Assembly: GCF_963853765.1 (NCBI RefSeq)
Contig: NC_088862.1
Location: 5,952,001-6,016,000, forward strand
From: Magallana gigas
Taxonomy: Eukaryota
Reading direction: 5' to 3'
Length of the DNA: 64,000 nt
Shown: piece by piece, positions 61,740 to 64,000 of the stretch
Position numbering within the stretch: position 1 is the first letter of the stretch
How the letters are laid out: each line of letters begins with the position of its first letter
Program-made: the position numbers and the translations under genes
Notes under the pieces: generated by a model
What the model was told of the DNA's origin: nothing
Databases searched by the model: none
The model's input: only the letters and a program-made list of their open reading frames with translations

Positions 61740-63684
61740 AACAAAGACGGCGGACTGATTCTCGTTTGATAAATCAAACATACCTTATATTTTTTTCAGC
61801 GTTCTACTTAAGCTCATAGAAGTCAGTATTTGAATGGTTCTTGCATAAGAGCAAAGACTGGCTCAAAGGTCACAGTCCCGCATGAATAGTCTGAATCATT
61901 TCTTTTTCTACGTGGACATGTTGAAAAACACACCTAGTATCGTAACGAAAACACATTTATTTAGGCATAATTGATTAGCTTTGTTAAAAAAAATATTTAT
62001 TTTTTATACTATGGAATTTTATTCGTTCAATTTTTTTTTCCACAAGAAAACATCAATTACGAGGATAAGTGATTAGGTTTATGATTCACGTAAGATCATG
62101 GGTCCACCTCTTGAAGGGACCTAGACAAGATTTGAGATCACCATTTTTTTTAATGTTTAAAATTGTTTACTTGTTCTATTTGAATGATTAACTAAACTCT
62201 AAATGTTATATGTCAAGTTACAAGCGAGATACAGAGGAAAGAAATCATTGTTATGTAAGCAAAGCTCGAGTCTTATAGTTGTTTAATGCAAAGTACAAAA
62301 ATTGCCATTTCTTTGACAAAAAAAAACTCGTGTCAAACAAGATAAAGTGATCCAATGTGTTAATAAATAATATTTTAGACAAAAAGCAATATTTAATTGA
62401 AACTCATAACAATGTCACACATATGTAAACAATAACAAGACTCGAGCTTTGTTTAAATAACAAAACATTTCGAACTCTGTATATTGCTTGTAACTCATTT
62501 TTTGACATACAAATTTTGACGAATTAATAAAATGCCTAATATACCATTCTAGATACTAAAATGGACAAATTAAATTCAGAAATTTTGGAAATTTGAACTC
62601 AAATTATGTTTAAGTTCCTTTGACACAGCTTCACTGAAAAAATTCTACATTCGCAATCTGTCAACGTAGAAATATACTTAGTTATACAATTTGTGTCTTG
62701 CTTTTTGTACAAATCCAAATCGAAATTGCAAACACAATTTCACCAACTTTTCGTGTATTGTCCTTTCAAATGCATGTCTACCATGTAAAATGTAACAACT
62801 TCCGTTTCTTAGTCCGCATCGTTCCGTAAGCAAATCGCGTAGGTTGTCCCTAAAATGTCCGTGAAAAAATCATTGTGCTTTGTCATCTAATTTATCTGTC
62901 TGTAATACGATCTCTGAAAGTTTCTCTCTCACTCTGTTTTCAGAGATCGTATTTAAATTTTTAACGGCTCTGTGACTTTAACGGAAGTCGTAATATCCCG
63001 TTGAGCTTTAATCAGTTTTTAAAGCCTACTAGTAGATTTTATTTATTGTTTCACTTTATTGAATATAATATTAGCTGTTTGTCAAAGATATATTTTCTAT
63101 GTATATTTTCTTTATTTTTTTTTCAAATACTGTGGAATCATTCGAATACGTGGTAGATTAATTTTCAGGTATTTAGTGGTAGTGCTCACCTACAAATTTA
63201 CATACTCGACGTAAACTTGAATTTAAGAAGATTTAGTTTTCCTACTGAAACTGAAAACCGACGCATCCATGAAATTACATCCCAATGAATGAGCACGAAA
63301 TCCACAATCCGCGAAGTTTTCTTTTTGTTTGTACGCTTTGGTTAGTTAGAAACGACAATATCCAAAAATAAAACATTCAAGGCTTAAATATCTGATCAAA
63401 TATGACGCCACTAATTGGGATAATTCCCGCAACTTTGGAAACAAATTACAATATTGTCATTTTCCTTCATATTTTGTCTTCCGTTAGTATGCTCTGGTAC
63501 CATTTTTACATGTGCCTTTGTTCATATAACTATACATATCATATTTAAAAATTGTACTTGAGCAAGAATGCACTTGATGTTTCTCAATCAAAAACCTGTC
63601 AGAAAATACCCACAGTTTGCTTTAAAATATTTATTCATTAAAGTCAGACAATCTTCAAGACGTCATTTGTACATAATGGCGTCA

Positions 63685-64000
63685 TTAAGGTCTTCCGTTT
63701 CCAACGGAAGGCCATATTGTTTTCGTTCTGTTTCTTTTTCTTCGCTATTTTTTTTCCAACAAATTTTGTGCACGCGATTTCTCAAAAACAACTCAGCCGA
63801 TTTTCATTAAACTTTCAGATATGATAGATACTGATCATAACTTTATACGTAATTTTTTATTTTGATGACGTCATTTCCGTTTTTGAGATATTGATGTTTT
63901 AGCGATTTTCAGAGGGTCGGCATGTCCTAGGGTCTTCTCCTTAACGATTGAAGATATTGAGTTCAAACTTTCAGGGATTGTAGATGAAAGATTGTAGATG
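63685..64000 (+). mobile_element. 5' end of a Helentron/HINE-like element running off the window
   Basis: TTAAGGTCTTCCGTTTCCAACGGAAGGCC hairpin head followed by a T-rich tract; shares the AGGTCTTCCGTT subterminal motif with 16927 and 19674. Confidence 0.6.

Overview
AT-rich, intron-containing animal genomic DNA. The repeat families and gene types suggest a bivalve such as an oyster (inference). Host genes, rebuilt exon by exon by hand: the 5' half of an alpha-2-macroglobulin/CD109/thioester-protein family gene (minus, 12313 to <1, 10 exons), a 99-aa stefin-like gene lacking the inhibitory motif (minus, 16432-13441), two intact secreted double beta-defensin-like genes (24348-26763 plus; 57786-56358 minus) and a pseudogene of that family (61030-61739). 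Between the two defensin-like genes lies a ~28 kb nest of transposons. A DIRS-like remnant is split by an ISL2EU DNA transposon (28243-54300, AT TSD). Inside it is a Gypsy LTR retrotransposon (33317-43308) whose integrase carries AT-hooks plus a PHD finger and which has an extra, probably spliced, ORF. Next comes an AcademH transposon (43311-51543) whose 585-bp TIRs each carry the same 5-codon first exon (MADAM), used by both of its convergent genes. Finally there is a 2.7-kb inverted copy of the Gypsy 5' end, giving 3.3-kb near-perfect inverted arms. Many MITEs and Helentron-like repeats fill the introns and intergenic DNA. No database search was possible; family names come from motif recognition.
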